A stretch of 64,000 bases of DNA from an uncultured Planctomycetales bacterium. GTDB lineage: Bacteria; Omnitrophota; Gorgyraeia; Zapsychrales; GWA2-47-8. The position numbers and the translations under genes are program-made. The stretch is taken from NCBI GenBank assembly GCA_964499685.1, contig CAZCLW010000003.1, positions 16,042-80,041 on the forward strand. The letters run 5' to 3'. Below the pieces are notes generated by a model. It saw only the letters and a list, made by a program, of their open reading frames with translations. It did not search any database and had not been told where the DNA came from. How positions within the stretch are numbered: the stretch's first letter is position 1; each line of letters opens with the position of its first letter. Of the stretch, positions 9,628 through 20,129 are shown one piece after another.

Positions 9628-10266
9628 ATGCAGATAAATAAATTTTTATTTTTTTCAGCTGTTTTTCTATTTGTTCTTACGGACGCCGGCCAGGCGCAAG
9701 GCGTTAAATCTTCACCGCTTTCTTCGATCCAGCGGCAAAAAGAGGCGCATGACCAAGAGGAAGCGAGCGAGTACCTAATCGGCGTAAGCGACATTCTCGA
9801 AATAACGGTCCTGCAGCCTCAACAACTCAGAAATATCGTGACGGTGGCGCCTGACGGAAGAGTTACGTTCCCGTATATAGGCAGCGTCCCGGCCAAAGAC
9901 CGCACTTTGACTGAGGTTCAGGAAGATATCCAAAAACGATTGGCCGACGGATATATGAAATATCCCGTCGTTGCCGTATCGCTTAAGGAATCGCGCAGTC
10001 AGAAATTTTTTGTGTACGGTGAAGTGATGGAGCCGGGGGCGTTCCCGTTGGAAGAGGACATGACCGTCTTGGGCGCTATCTCCATGGCGGGAGGATTGAG
10101 CGAATTCGGGTCGTCGAGCCGCGTTAAGATCCTCAGGCCTAAAAAAAATGCGCCCGGATATGAAGTGATAAAGGTGAACATCAAGGCCTTGATGAACGGT
10201 CACCCCAAGGCCGATATTACGGTGGACCCAGGGGACATCATCATTGTTTCAGAAGGCATATTTTAG
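9628..10266 (+). CDS. polysaccharide export protein, Wza-like (Poly_export + SLBB)
   Basis: Signal peptide. GVSDILEITV...PDGRVTFPYIGSVPAKDRTLTEVQEDIQKRL matches the Poly_export PES motif region. Strong RBS AAGGAGA. Confidence 0.8.
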   Translation: MQINKFLFFSAVFLFVLTDAGQAQGVKSSPLSSIQRQKEAHDQEEASEYLIGVSDILEITVLQPQQLRNIVTVAPDGRVTFPYIGSVPAKDRTLTEVQEDIQKRLADGYMKYPVVAVSLKESRSQKFFVYGEVMEPGAFPLEEDMTVLGAISMAGGLSEFGSSSRVKILRPKKNAPGYEVIKVNIKALMNGHPKADITVDPGDIIIVSEGIF

Positions 10267-10296
10267 ATCAACTCTTGGCAAACGAGGGATTTTAAA

Positions 10297-11850
10297 ATGA
10301 ACGAATTGACCTTTCGGGATTATATAAAGATATTTTTCCGTCAAAAAACCGTTATTCTGCTCTGTATTTTCAGCGTAATGGTCACAGTGGTCCTGGGGCT
10401 AAAATTCAAGACGCCGGTTTACGCCTCTCAGACGAAAATGCTGATCACGGCGCAAAAGCAGGCTGAGGCGACCTATTACCGGGATATCATCGATTATGAG
10501 AACGCCCATCTGGCCCTGACCCAAAGCGAGATCGTCAAATCCACACCCGTCGTGGAGCGTGCCCTCCAGGCCGTGCTGGCTTCCTATAATCCGCTTTCAA
10601 ATTTTCTGACCTATGAAAAGCGGTTTGCTTCGCCGTTGAAGCGTCGATGGATAGATCATCAGATCAGGCAGCTGAATGAACGTTTTGAAAGGTTTGATTT
10701 TACGGAAGAACAGAGGCAGGCGTTTATTTACCGCATGGCGCTGGAAGATTTAAGAAAGCGTATTACGGTCGAACCGCTGCGCAACACCAATATTTTTACC
10801 ATCTCCGTGACCGATTACGATCCCATAGGGGCGGCCCTGATCACTAATATCGTCAGCCGTTCATACGTGATCTTCGACATGGAACAGCAGATGGCGGAGA
10901 TGCAATTAAAGTATGGCGAGAAACATTTGGCCGTATCGCAATTGAAGGACAACATTCAGACCATGATCAAAAGCCTTAACGGGCAACCCATTTCCGACAT
11001 TGAAGCCATTGGCCCGGCGAGTGTCAAGATCATTGAGCAGGCCTTACCGGCCATCAGCCCGATGGGCCCTCCCCGGCGCCTCATTCTTCTCTTGGCTTTC
11101 GGAGCAAGTTTGGTCTTAGGGGCTGTCCTGGCGCTGGTCCTTGATTATCTTGATCAAACGTTTAAATCGCCCCGGGATATTGAACGCAGTCTGGGCGTTC
11201 TGTTTTTGGGCGGAGTGCCCAACAAGCCGCCTAGCGTCGTCGCCTATAAAAATTTGGCCGAACAAGTATATCTACAGATGAAAGAAAAAGGGCTGCAAAT
11301 ATTGGTCTTGACGGCCTCCCGCAACGGGGAAGGGGTCACGACAGTAAGTCATAACATCGGAAGATATATTGCTTCAACGCTGGGACACCGCGTGCTCATC
11401 ATTGAAGCGAACCCCCGGCACCTTTTATACAAAAAGAAACATAAATTAAGCACCGGTCCCGGACTTTTTGACGTACTTGAGGAAAATGCCACCCTGGACC
11501 AAGCGGTAAAAAACGTGGGAGATAAACTTTACGTCCTGCCGGTGGGGAAAACAGAGCTTAATCCGAATATCCTTTTGGAATCTCATAGGATGGCCGAGGT
11601 TTTTCAGGAAGCCAAGGCCGAATATGAACTTATTTTGATCGACAGTGCCAGCCTAAGCGCCTCGAAAGACGCGCTCAAGCTATTGAGCGTGGCCGAAGCG
11701 GTCGCCATCATCATCAGCGAAGGTCATGTACGCCGGCATGCGGTCAAGGCGGCGCTGGATAATCTCAATGTCCGCAAGATCAATGTACTGGGCGCCATTC
11801 TTAATAAGCGTATATTTCCCATTCCGCAATTCGTGTATGAAAGGGTCTAA
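10297..11850 (+). CDS. Wzz/Wzc-like chain-length determinant with degenerate C-terminal BY-kinase-like domain
   Basis: Two TM helices flank a periplasmic coiled-coil region. The C-terminal P-loop-like region reads TASRNGEGVTT (Lys missing). The Walker A' equivalent is VLIIEANPRH (DxD replaced by ExN). Walker B-like LILIDSASL is retained. There is no C-terminal Tyr cluster. Confidence 0.7.
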   Translation: MNELTFRDYIKIFFRQKTVILLCIFSVMVTVVLGLKFKTPVYASQTKMLITAQKQAEATYYRDIIDYENAHLALTQSEIVKSTPVVERALQAVLASYNPLSNFLTYEKRFASPLKRRWIDHQIRQLNERFERFDFTEEQRQAFIYRMALEDLRKRITVEPLRNTNIFTISVTDYDPIGAALITNIVSRSYVIFDMEQQMAEMQLKYGEKHLAVSQLKDNIQTMIKSLNGQPISDIEAIGPASVKIIEQALPAISPMGPPRRLILLLAFGASLVLGAVLALVLDYLDQTFKSPRDIERSLGVLFLGGVPNKPPSVVAYKNLAEQVYLQMKEKGLQILVLTASRNGEGVTTVSHNIGRYIASTLGHRVLIIEANPRHLLYKKKHKLSTGPGLFDVLEENATLDQAVKNVGDKLYVLPVGKTELNPNILLESHRMAEVFQEAKAEYELILIDSASLSASKDALKLLSVAEAVAIIISEGHVRRHAVKAALDNLNVRKINVLGAILNKRIFPIPQFVYERV

Positions 11851-11851
11851 T

Positions 11852-12385
11852 ATGCTTCGCTTCATTTGCTGCAGTCTTTATTATGGCTTCGCCCAATGGC
11901 TGCCTTCTTCTTATATAAAGGGGTGCAGGATCTGCGGCAGGATCCGTTCGTTTTTCTGCCGGGGAATGTTCTCCTATTGCGGCAAGGATGTCCTTATCCA
12001 GCGACAAGCCTTTTTTTATTCCGGCCGGAATATACGTATCGGGAACCGTTCTTCGATCGGAGAAAGGGCCAGCTTGTCGGGCAGCATCACCCTGGGCGAT
12101 GACGTCATGATGGGAGAAGATGTCCTGATGATGACGCGTAACCACGAATTTTCCCGGATGGATGTTCCCATGAACCAGCAGGGTTTCCAAGGGGAGAAGC
12201 CTATTTTCGTCGGGAGTAATGTTTGGATCGGCGCGCGGGTGATCGTATTGCCGGGCGTGACCATAGGCGACGGCGCTATCATCGGCGCCGGTGCGGTCGT
12301 TACAAAGGATATCCCGGCCTGGACCGTGGCCGTGGGGAATCCGGCCAAAGTGATCAAAGACAGAAGAGAGACGATCAAGGTATGA
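11852..12385 (+). CDS. hexapeptide-repeat O-acetyltransferase (WcaF/maltose-acetyltransferase-like)
   Basis: Left-handed beta-helix hexapeptide repeats (IGSNVWIGARVIVLPGVTIGDGAIIGAGAVV). Confidence 0.75.
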   Translation: MLRFICCSLYYGFAQWLPSSYIKGCRICGRIRSFFCRGMFSYCGKDVLIQRQAFFYSGRNIRIGNRSSIGERASLSGSITLGDDVMMGEDVLMMTRNHEFSRMDVPMNQQGFQGEKPIFVGSNVWIGARVIVLPGVTIGDGAIIGAGAVVTKDIPAWTVAVGNPAKVIKDRRETIKV

Positions 12386-13815
12386 GCTTAAGACAGAAAA
12401 CCATCGCAGGCCTATCCTGGTCAGCCGTTGCCCAAGGAGGCAAGCAGTTGAGTCAATTTATCATCACGGTGATCCTGGCCAGGCTTCTGGCGCCCACGGA
12501 TTTCGGGCTTTTGGGCATGGCGATGGTCTTTACCGGGTTCATTGCCATTTTCAGCGAACTGGGGTTAAGTGGGGCGCTGATCCAAAAACAGAATGCCGAT
12601 GAGGGACACTATTCTTCGGCTTTTTGGCTGAACGTCTTGGTCGGCGTGGTTTTGACCATCGGATTTATTTTCGCCGCACCCGTTATTGCGGCCTTCTATC
12701 GCCGGCCGGAACTGGAGAGCATTCTGGTCGTCCTGGCTTTTAATTTCCTCCTGTCTTCTTTTACCATTGTTCAGCAGGCGATCCTGACCAAGAACATGGA
12801 TTTTAAAGCGCTGATGGTCAGAGACTTGGCGGCGGTCATTGCCGCCGGTATCGCCGGCATTTTTTTTGCTTATCGTGGATTCGGCGTCTGGAGCCTGGTC
12901 ATACAATTATTCGTATTTACCTGCGTAAATAATATTTTATTGTGGTCTTGTTCGTCCTGGCGGCCCAAATGGGTATTTCGTCTGGAATCCCTGAAAGATA
13001 TTTTTCACTTCAGTTCACACATGACCGGGTTTCAGATCGTAAATTATTTTGCGCGCAATGTGGACAGTTTGCTGATCGGCAGATTCTTAGGGTCACAGGC
13101 CCTGGGTTATTATACGCTGGCCTACAAGCTCATGATGTTTCCCATTCAGAACTTTACCTGGGTCTTGAACAAGGTCATGTTCCCGGCTTTTTCGATGATC
13201 CAGCGGGAACTGGAAAAGGTGCGGATTAATTACCTGAAAATGATCAAGACCGTGACCTTGATCGCTTTCCCGGTCATGGCATTTTTGTTCATAGCGGCGC
13301 CCGATCTGATCGTCCTACTTTATGGTGAGCGCTGGAAGGAGGCTGTGCCTTTGGTCCAGATATTCTGTTTTTGCGGAATGATCCAGGCGATCGGTTCGTC
13401 GGGAGGGGTCGTTTATCTTTCCCAGGGCCGGGCGGATGTCCAGTTCAAAATGAGCGTCGTGAGCATTTTTCTTCTTTCCGGCACGCTGCTGTTCGCCGTC
13501 CGTCACGGTGTGGAAGCAGTGGCCTTGGCTTACACGGTTTATTATCTGCTTTGGACGCAAGTGTCCCTGTGGGTCGTTTCCCGCTTGATTTCCTTGAATG
13601 TGTCAAGAGTTTACAAGACGGCCATGGCTCCTTTTGCCATGAGTATGGCGTTATTGCTGGCAGCGGCGGGCTTTGGCGAATTGATCAGTCTGGAGCCGGC
13701 ATGGAAGATGGTTATTATAGGAACATTGGGTATAGTGGCCTACCTTGCGTTTGTTTTTCTGGCCAAACAGATCATTATTTTGGATAACCGGCAACTTACC
13801 TTAAAAGAGGTATAA
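12382..13815 (+). CDS. wzx: Wzx-type polysaccharide flippase (MOP/PST family)
   Basis: About 12 TM helices. N-terminal GGKQLSQFIITVILARLLAPTDFGLLGMA typical of the polysaccharide biosynthesis protein family. ATGA overlap with the acetyltransferase. Confidence 0.75.
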   Translation: MSLRQKTIAGLSWSAVAQGGKQLSQFIITVILARLLAPTDFGLLGMAMVFTGFIAIFSELGLSGALIQKQNADEGHYSSAFWLNVLVGVVLTIGFIFAAPVIAAFYRRPELESILVVLAFNFLLSSFTIVQQAILTKNMDFKALMVRDLAAVIAAGIAGIFFAYRGFGVWSLVIQLFVFTCVNNILLWSCSSWRPKWVFRLESLKDIFHFSSHMTGFQIVNYFARNVDSLLIGRFLGSQALGYYTLAYKLMMFPIQNFTWVLNKVMFPAFSMIQRELEKVRINYLKMIKTVTLIAFPVMAFLFIAAPDLIVLLYGERWKEAVPLVQIFCFCGMIQAIGSSGGVVYLSQGRADVQFKMSVVSIFLLSGTLLFAVRHGVEAVALAYTVYYLLWTQVSLWVVSRLISLNVSRVYKTAMAPFAMSMALLLAAAGFGELISLEPAWKMVIIGTLGIVAYLAFVFLAKQIIILDNRQLTLKEV

Positions 13816-13818
13816 GGC

Positions 13819-14769
13819 ATGCATAACGCCGTAGTGACAGAGAAAGCCCAGGAAAACATTATCTCACGACAAGTCTTCGATGTATTCCGCCGATTTGTGG
13901 ACAGGCATATTGTTTTTGTCGAACCGGGCGGGAATCATGGCGACCATCTTATTTATAAAGGGGCGTATAAGCTCGCCCGTCTGGCCAATATCAAGTATAC
14001 GATCTACGATTTTGATGCCTTTCAGGCCGAAAAATTCCTTCCCGAACAAGTCGTCTATGTGCATGGGGGCGGCGGCTTTGTTCCGTGGTGGTCGGGAAAG
14101 ACCATGCAGATCTTAAAGAAACTGACTTCTGAATTCCGGGGCAGTTTTATACTGGGGCCGACGACCTTCTCGGACAACAGAGAATATTTGCGCAAGATTC
14201 TCGACGATTGTCTGGGAGGGAACGATTTTAGGGGGCTTTATGTTTTCACCCGCGATAGGTCCTCTTACGAAATTCTTAAAGCTTATATGCCCTGCGCCGG
14301 AGAGATCATCTGCGATCACGATACGGCCTTAAATCTTGTGCGTTCCGATCTTTTGCCGGAACCGCCTGCCGGGAAATATGTCTTTTATGCCCTACGCGAC
14401 GACAAGGAGCGTTCCTTTGAACAGGATTACGATTATTTAAGATGGGTGGACCCGGTCAAAGTTTCTTCAACGTTCGAAAAATGGCTGTATCTTCACGCCC
14501 GCGCCAAGAAATTGATAACCAACCGCACCCATTCCGCCATTTTGGGGAGCATATTGGGTATACCAACGGTCATGCTGCCCAACAGTTACCACAAGAACCG
14601 GTCCGTCTGGGAATTCTCCCTGGCCGAGCGGGGGGTGGAATGGCAGGAGAAAATCTCGCGTTCCCCCTGGAACAATTTTATCGGGAAAAACAAATGGCTG
14701 AAGGCCGTTTGCACCTCCCGCGGGTTCAAAAAAGCCGTTATCTACAGATTAAAGCTCTTGGGTTTTTAA
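13819..14769 (+). CDS. polysaccharide pyruvyl transferase family protein
   Basis: Size and motifs (ITNRTHSAILGSILGIPTV, GGGG...) resemble the PS_pyruv_trans (CsaB/WcaK) family. Confidence 0.55.
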   Translation: MHNAVVTEKAQENIISRQVFDVFRRFVDRHIVFVEPGGNHGDHLIYKGAYKLARLANIKYTIYDFDAFQAEKFLPEQVVYVHGGGGFVPWWSGKTMQILKKLTSEFRGSFILGPTTFSDNREYLRKILDDCLGGNDFRGLYVFTRDRSSYEILKAYMPCAGEIICDHDTALNLVRSDLLPEPPAGKYVFYALRDDKERSFEQDYDYLRWVDPVKVSSTFEKWLYLHARAKKLITNRTHSAILGSILGIPTVMLPNSYHKNRSVWEFSLAERGVEWQEKISRSPWNNFIGKNKWLKAVCTSRGFKKAVIYRLKLLGF

Positions 14770-14795
14770 ACGCTTTTAAACAGTACGGAGAAAAA

Positions 14796-15737
14796 ATGGA
14801 TTTAACGGTATTGATCTCCACCTGGAATAATTCCCGCTGTCTTGAGATGACCTTAGAGGCGTTCAGGGAATGCCTCATACCGGATGGTCTCAGGTGGGAG
14901 CTCATTATCGTGAACAACAATTGCACGGATGACACCGATCAAGTCATCGCAAAGTATGCGGACGCCCTGCCTATTTATTATGTGCGCGAGCCTGTCCAAG
15001 GACTGAGCCGTGCCAGAAACACCGGAGTGGCTGTTGCCAGCGGTGACTTCATTATATTTACGGACGATGACGTCAAGCCTTGTCCGGAATGGATAAAAAT
15101 TTACTGGCAGGCTTTCCGTAAAGGCGATCCGGCAAAATATTTTTGGGGCGGGCCCATTGAAAGCGAATTTGAAAGCAATGAGCCTGATCAGGATCTTTTG
15201 GCTGTTTCTCCTTCTTCCGTCAGGGGCCTGACGTTCGGCACTCAAAAACGCCTTTTGTCGAAGAATGAATACTTTGTTTCCATCAACTGGGGGACTTCTT
15301 TGGATATTATCAGGAAGGCCGGCGGTTTTGACATCCATAAAGGCCTCGGCGCATCGAAGGCCCTAAGTACGGGCGAGGAAACCGGTCTTATGGACAAACT
15401 GCGGTCCCGCGGATTGATGGGAATATATCTTCCGGATGCCATGGTCAAGCATTATGTCCCGCTGGAAAAATGCACCGCCGAGCATATTTTAAAACGCTGT
15501 GAAGCGGGAGCTTTGGATGGATATGACCGTTACTATTTCCGTTTGAAACAGTGGGTTTGGTTCAACCGGCCGGTAGGATTGTATGTGCATGCCGTTGTCG
15601 CTTTCGGAAGATATTTATGGAAGAAATTCTCCTTCCAAGGCGGCATGGCTGAATATATACGGTTCCGCATCGTGACGGCCATAACACAAGGATACACGAA
15701 CAACCTCAGAAAAAATCAGGTCAAACTGACCGGCTAA
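14796..15737 (+). CDS. glycosyltransferase family 2
   Basis: VLISTWNN...LIIVNNNCTDDT...FTDDDV (DXD) motifs. Confidence 0.75.
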   Translation: MDLTVLISTWNNSRCLEMTLEAFRECLIPDGLRWELIIVNNNCTDDTDQVIAKYADALPIYYVREPVQGLSRARNTGVAVASGDFIIFTDDDVKPCPEWIKIYWQAFRKGDPAKYFWGGPIESEFESNEPDQDLLAVSPSSVRGLTFGTQKRLLSKNEYFVSINWGTSLDIIRKAGGFDIHKGLGASKALSTGEETGLMDKLRSRGLMGIYLPDAMVKHYVPLEKCTAEHILKRCEAGALDGYDRYYFRLKQWVWFNRPVGLYVHAVVAFGRYLWKKFSFQGGMAEYIRFRIVTAITQGYTNNLRKNQVKLTG

Positions 15738-15747
15738 AGGAGATGCG

Positions 15748-16719
15748 ATGATCTCTGTCATCATCCCCACCTATAATTGCGGCAAATACGTGGCCAATGC
15801 GATCAAAAGTGTCTGCGCGCAGACCTATACCCATTTTGAGATTATCGTCATTGATGATGGCTCGACGGATAATACAGAAGAGGTTGTCCGATCGATCGCC
15901 GATCCGCGCCTACGTTATATCAAAAAGGCACAGGAGGGGAATTATTTTGCCCGTAACCGCGGCCTTGCCGAAGCAAGGGGAGAGTATGTCGTCTTTTTGG
16001 ACGCGGATGATATTATTTTGCCCAATAAATTTGCCGTACAACTGGAGAAATTCTTGCAGGACCCGGAACTGGGGTTATGCTGCACGAGTTTCTATGTCCA
16101 GTTCGCCGACCAGGAGGACCGGTCCTTCGTGGATACCTCCTTTTCTTTTTCCAGTGACTTTAATACGGAAAGCGGTTTTATCGAGAGGGCCTTGGAGAAT
16201 AATTTTATCCTGACATCGACCATCATGGTCCGACGTGAATGCGTCGAACGGCTTGGGGATTTCGACACGCGCTTTCAAAACGCGATGGATTATGAATTTT
16301 GTCTGCGGATGGCCTTTCATTATAAGGCCTGTTATCTCAGCGAAAGGCTCACGGTTCGCCTGGAGCATTCCGCCAATATCAGCAAGAACAAGATCAATAC
16401 TTACAGGGCTTTGCTCTATATTTTCAGTCATTGCGTGCCCCGTTTTTCCCGAGGGAGGTTTTATGAGCCAAAGCATGCGGCGCTGATCCAGCGCAAATGG
16501 CAAAAAAGCCTGTATTATCTGGGACTGGAACACCTCATGCTGCGTCATTTTGCGGACGCGGACCGGTGTTTGCAGCGGTGCCGATATGCCGAGAAATCAC
16601 TTTTTAAAATGATCGCGATCATTGCTGCCCGCTTTCGCTCTGATTTCTTGGCTTCTTTGATATCGTCCTATCGTTGGAAAAGGCAGCAGGAAAGGTTATT
16701 CCCGGTGCTAAAACCATGA
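15748..16719 (+). CDS. glycosyltransferase family 2
   Basis: ISVIIPTYNCGKYV...IIVIDDGSTDNT...FLDADD motifs. Confidence 0.85.
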   Translation: MISVIIPTYNCGKYVANAIKSVCAQTYTHFEIIVIDDGSTDNTEEVVRSIADPRLRYIKKAQEGNYFARNRGLAEARGEYVVFLDADDIILPNKFAVQLEKFLQDPELGLCCTSFYVQFADQEDRSFVDTSFSFSSDFNTESGFIERALENNFILTSTIMVRRECVERLGDFDTRFQNAMDYEFCLRMAFHYKACYLSERLTVRLEHSANISKNKINTYRALLYIFSHCVPRFSRGRFYEPKHAALIQRKWQKSLYYLGLEHLMLRHFADADRCLQRCRYAEKSLFKMIAIIAARFRSDFLASLISSYRWKRQQERLFPVLKP

Positions 16720-17873
16720 AAAACATTAAAGTCCTTCACATCATTAAAAATCTCCGGTTAGGCGGTGCTGAGATCAACCTATTTAATCTCTTGAACACGT
16801 TGCGGCACGATAATTTTGAGTTCCATGTCGCTTATGCTTACGGCGGCGAGTTGGAGCCAAGATTCCGAGCGGCGGGCTTCCATCTGTTTAAATATGCCGA
16901 TGAAGATCACAAGGTCGGCAGTTTAGCCACATTCGGGATCATCGGCCGTTTGATGCGGTATATTTGGCAAAACAGGATCGATATCATCCACACGCATACG
17001 TTCAGTGCGCACATTTGGGGGAGCATGGCCGCGAAATTGACGCGCTGCAAGATCGTCGAACATGTGCATGACTTCCGTTATCTGGATAGGGAAGAATTTG
17101 CCCGCCGACGGGGTTTTAACAAACAGTACCGTTTTATCAGGAATTTCAGGAACCTTTCCGACCGCGTGGTCGTATTGACCAAGCAGAACCGTGATTTTCT
17201 GCTTCGAGAGGACATGTATCCTCCGGAGCGCATTTATCAGTATCAAAACGGCATACCTTTGCCCGACGAGTCAGAGAAAAAGGCAGGGGCCAAGGCCAAG
17301 CTCGTGAGAAAGTTCAGTCTACCCGCAGATCCGGTCTTGATCTTTACATCGATACGCATCGCCCCTGAAAAAAATATTGACCTTATCCTGCGCATTGCCC
17401 CGAAAGTCATCGCGCAGGTCCCCAATGCCGTATTTTTGATCGCCGGAGACGGTCCGCTTTATTGTAAGACCTTTAATGAGATCAAAAACAGCGGCTTTAA
17501 GGACAACATCCGTCTAATCGGTTATGCCGCCAATATCCGTTCCCTGTTGGAAGCTGCGGACATTTTTCTGCTTCCCTCGTTTTTGGAACTGCATTCGATC
17601 GCGCTTTTGGAGGCCATGAGCATGAGGGTGCCGGTCGTTATTTCGCGCAATGTCGGATGTCATAACGAATTTATCGATAGTTGGGAAAACGGCGTCCTCC
17701 TGGACCCCTTTCAGGATGAGGGGTGGGCCGAGGCCCTGGTTGAGTTATTGGAGAATCCGCACTTACGCCGTACCGTAGGCGATAACGGTTACCGGACCTG
17801 TCAGCAAAAGTTCGATATTCGCGATACCGCGAAAAGGTTCGAGGAAATGTATGCTGAACTTATGGCGATATAA
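16716..17873 (+). CDS. glycosyltransferase family 4 (GT-B, RfaG-like)
   Basis: N-terminal LHIIKNLRLGGAE. C-terminal E-x7-E region (LPSFLELHSIALLEAMSMRVPVV). Confidence 0.85.
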   Translation: MKNIKVLHIIKNLRLGGAEINLFNLLNTLRHDNFEFHVAYAYGGELEPRFRAAGFHLFKYADEDHKVGSLATFGIIGRLMRYIWQNRIDIIHTHTFSAHIWGSMAAKLTRCKIVEHVHDFRYLDREEFARRRGFNKQYRFIRNFRNLSDRVVVLTKQNRDFLLREDMYPPERIYQYQNGIPLPDESEKKAGAKAKLVRKFSLPADPVLIFTSIRIAPEKNIDLILRIAPKVIAQVPNAVFLIAGDGPLYCKTFNEIKNSGFKDNIRLIGYAANIRSLLEAADIFLLPSFLELHSIALLEAMSMRVPVVISRNVGCHNEFIDSWENGVLLDPFQDEGWAEALVELLENPHLRRTVGDNGYRTCQQKFDIRDTAKRFEEMYAELMAI

Positions 17874-19233
17874 TTTATCTTTCGGTTTTGTTGCCTTAAT
17901 GGGTGTTTTGACGGGATACGCCGTTCTTTATGCCGTTCCTATCTTGACCGAAAAACCGGCCTTGATTGCCGGTTTAACGGCGGTCGCTGTTTATTTTTTA
18001 GTGATGGTCATGGCGCCTGAAACGGCGCTGGCGATTTTGCTCTTATGCCGGGCGTTTTTGGACCCGGTCCTGGAATCCACCCGCGTCGACGCTGCCGCGC
18101 AGGGTATGGGCTTGGGGGCGCTGATCAATCTCGCGATCATTGTCTTGACATTTTTTTTGTGGATCAGGAACCGCTCGGGTGTCATAAAGAAGAGTTTCAC
18201 GGTCATGTGGTCCCTGTTCTTGGCGGTTACGTTCCTATCCGCCTTTTACAGCCCTGAAACAGGACGGGCCTTGCGTCTTTGGCTTAACTTTGTCACTTAC
18301 TTTTGTATGTTCAGCCTCCCTTTTTTAGTGGCTCTGACGCCGGAGAAACGGCGCTTTTGGTGGATTATCCTGCTGGTTTCCTTTATTGCGCCCGTTGCTG
18401 TCGCTGATATAGAGCTCTTGGGGGGCGGCTACGATGCCGGGGCGGCCGCGGGCATGCGCATCGCAGGCACCTTTATGCATCCGAATATCTTGGCCTTTTA
18501 TGTCGGTCTGGGGCTAGTTTTGGTCGCCTATTCCTTGCAGCAAAAGAGTTGGGGGCTCAGCCGTATCCAAAGGAATTTCCTGAAATTGTTGGCGGTAAAC
18601 CTGGCCGTGCTTTTGTTGATGACCAAGACCCGTAATGCATGGCTGGCCTTTTGGACAACATTTTTTATATACGGCCTTTGGAAAGACAGGCGGCTGGCGT
18701 TGTTCCTGATTTTTTTGCCGCCTTTGGCGCTGCTCATCCCACCGGTGGCTGAGAGAGTGTTCGATCTTTTTCAGCCGGAATATCTGCGGGCTTACCATGG
18801 CGACGATTCATTGTCATGGCGCATTCATTTATGGGAAAGCAGTATTCCCTGGATTTGGAAAAGTCCGCTCATTGGCCATGGGCTTTCATCCTTTATCCCT
18901 TTATCGGTGAATTTTTTTGAATCCGTTTCCGGGGTGGGAGCTCACAGCGTTTTTATCGAACTTTTATTCGAAACCGGTCTGATCGGCCTGATCAGCTATT
19001 TGGGTATTTTCACTGTGCTTCTTAAGAAAGGTTTTTTTCAAAGAAACACAGCAGGGGTGGCAAACGATAGGGCCACCGCCCTCGCGGCAGTCTTTGTCAT
19101 CGGCTACTTAGTGATCAATATGGCGGATAATCTTTTGCATTACCTGGTTTTTAACTGGTACTTCTGGTTTTTCGTCGGCCTGGCTCTTGTGGAGGAAAAG
19201 CTATGGCATACGGAACAACCGTCTCCTTTATAG
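17851..19233 (+). CDS. O-antigen ligase/Wzy-like polymerase (Wzy_C family membrane protein)
   Basis: About 10-12 TM helices with a large periplasmic loop containing conserved R/H (TKTRNAW...H). Located within the Wzx-dependent locus. Confidence 0.7.
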   Translation: MLNLWRYNLSFGFVALMGVLTGYAVLYAVPILTEKPALIAGLTAVAVYFLVMVMAPETALAILLLCRAFLDPVLESTRVDAAAQGMGLGALINLAIIVLTFFLWIRNRSGVIKKSFTVMWSLFLAVTFLSAFYSPETGRALRLWLNFVTYFCMFSLPFLVALTPEKRRFWWIILLVSFIAPVAVADIELLGGGYDAGAAAGMRIAGTFMHPNILAFYVGLGLVLVAYSLQQKSWGLSRIQRNFLKLLAVNLAVLLLMTKTRNAWLAFWTTFFIYGLWKDRRLALFLIFLPPLALLIPPVAERVFDLFQPEYLRAYHGDDSLSWRIHLWESSIPWIWKSPLIGHGLSSFIPLSVNFFESVSGVGAHSVFIELLFETGLIGLISYLGIFTVLLKKGFFQRNTAGVANDRATALAAVFVIGYLVINMADNLLHYLVFNWYFWFFVGLALVEEKLWHTEQPSPL

Positions 19234-20129
19234 TCCCATCGTATAATTCCTGTTCCACGATCGGCGCGACTTTGGAAAGCATCCGCCAGCAGTCCGTGTG
19301 GGATCGGGTTAAAGAGGTCATTGTGGTCGACTCGTCTGAAGACGGGGAGACCCGGCCGCTTCTTAACGCGTATGCCCAGGATCCCAAGTTCCGGATCAAC
19401 TTTTTGGACAAGAAATTGTCTCCGGCCAATGCACGGAATTTCGGTTTTCAGCAGTCGTCCGGTGATCTTTTGTGCTTTATTGACAGCGATACCTGTTTAG
19501 CCGAGGATTGGCTGAAGGAGATCCTGGAGGCTTGTAAGCGTAATTGCCGGGCCGGAGGAGGGTCCATTTCGCTGTTTAAATTCCAGCGGAAAAACGTCCT
19601 CGCGCTGGCTCAATTATATCTGCAATGCAATGAATTCCTCAACGTCGGTTCCCAGCGTCAAAAACTCTTCGTGCCTTCCTGCAATATGTTTTGCCACCGG
19701 ACTGTATTTGAAAAAGCGGGAGGCTTCCCCAACATTCGGGCCTCCGAGGACACTTTATTCTTCCTGCAGATAAAGGATGCTAAGGTCCATTTTATTCCTT
19801 CGGCGCAGAGTTACCATATTTTCCGTCAGGACTGGAAGTCCTTTGTTGAGAACCAATGTCTTCTTGGGAAATATGTGAGCATTTATCGTCGCCGACATTA
19901 TTCCAGTCTCTTGTATAAAGGGATCGTGCCGGTCCTTTTATCGCCTGTCTTCCTCGCGATCAAATTTTTCCGCATGTGCCGGCGGGTCGCGAAAGCGGGA
20001 TCAGGACATGTGAGGGATTTCTTGAGGGCTTTCCCCTTTTTCTGTTTAGGTTTTCTTATATGGTCTTATGGGTTTATCGCCGGTTTTTTGGAGCGAAAAA
20101 ATGCGGATCTTGGGAATCAATTATCATAA
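19203..20129 (+). CDS. glycosyltransferase family 2
   Basis: VSFIVPSYNS...VIVVDSSEDG...FIDSDT motifs. Confidence 0.75.
   Translation: MAYGTTVSFIVPSYNSCSTIGATLESIRQQSVWDRVKEVIVVDSSEDGETRPLLNAYAQDPKFRINFLDKKLSPANARNFGFQQSSGDLLCFIDSDTCLAEDWLKEILEACKRNCRAGGGSISLFKFQRKNVLALAQLYLQCNEFLNVGSQRQKLFVPSCNMFCHRTVFEKAGGFPNIRASEDTLFFLQIKDAKVHFIPSAQSYHIFRQDWKSFVENQCLLGKYVSIYRRRHYSSLLYKGIVPVLLSPVFLAIKFFRMCRRVAKAGSGHVRDFLRAFPFFCLGFLIWSYGFIAGFLERKNADLGNQLS

Noticed and set aside
14442-14795. 5' extension of the GT2 ORF (ORF track start 14442) overlapping the pyruvyl transferase
   Set aside because: The N-terminal 118 aa have no GT2 similarity and overlap the upstream gene. The ATG at 14796 directly precedes the conserved VLISTWNN start.
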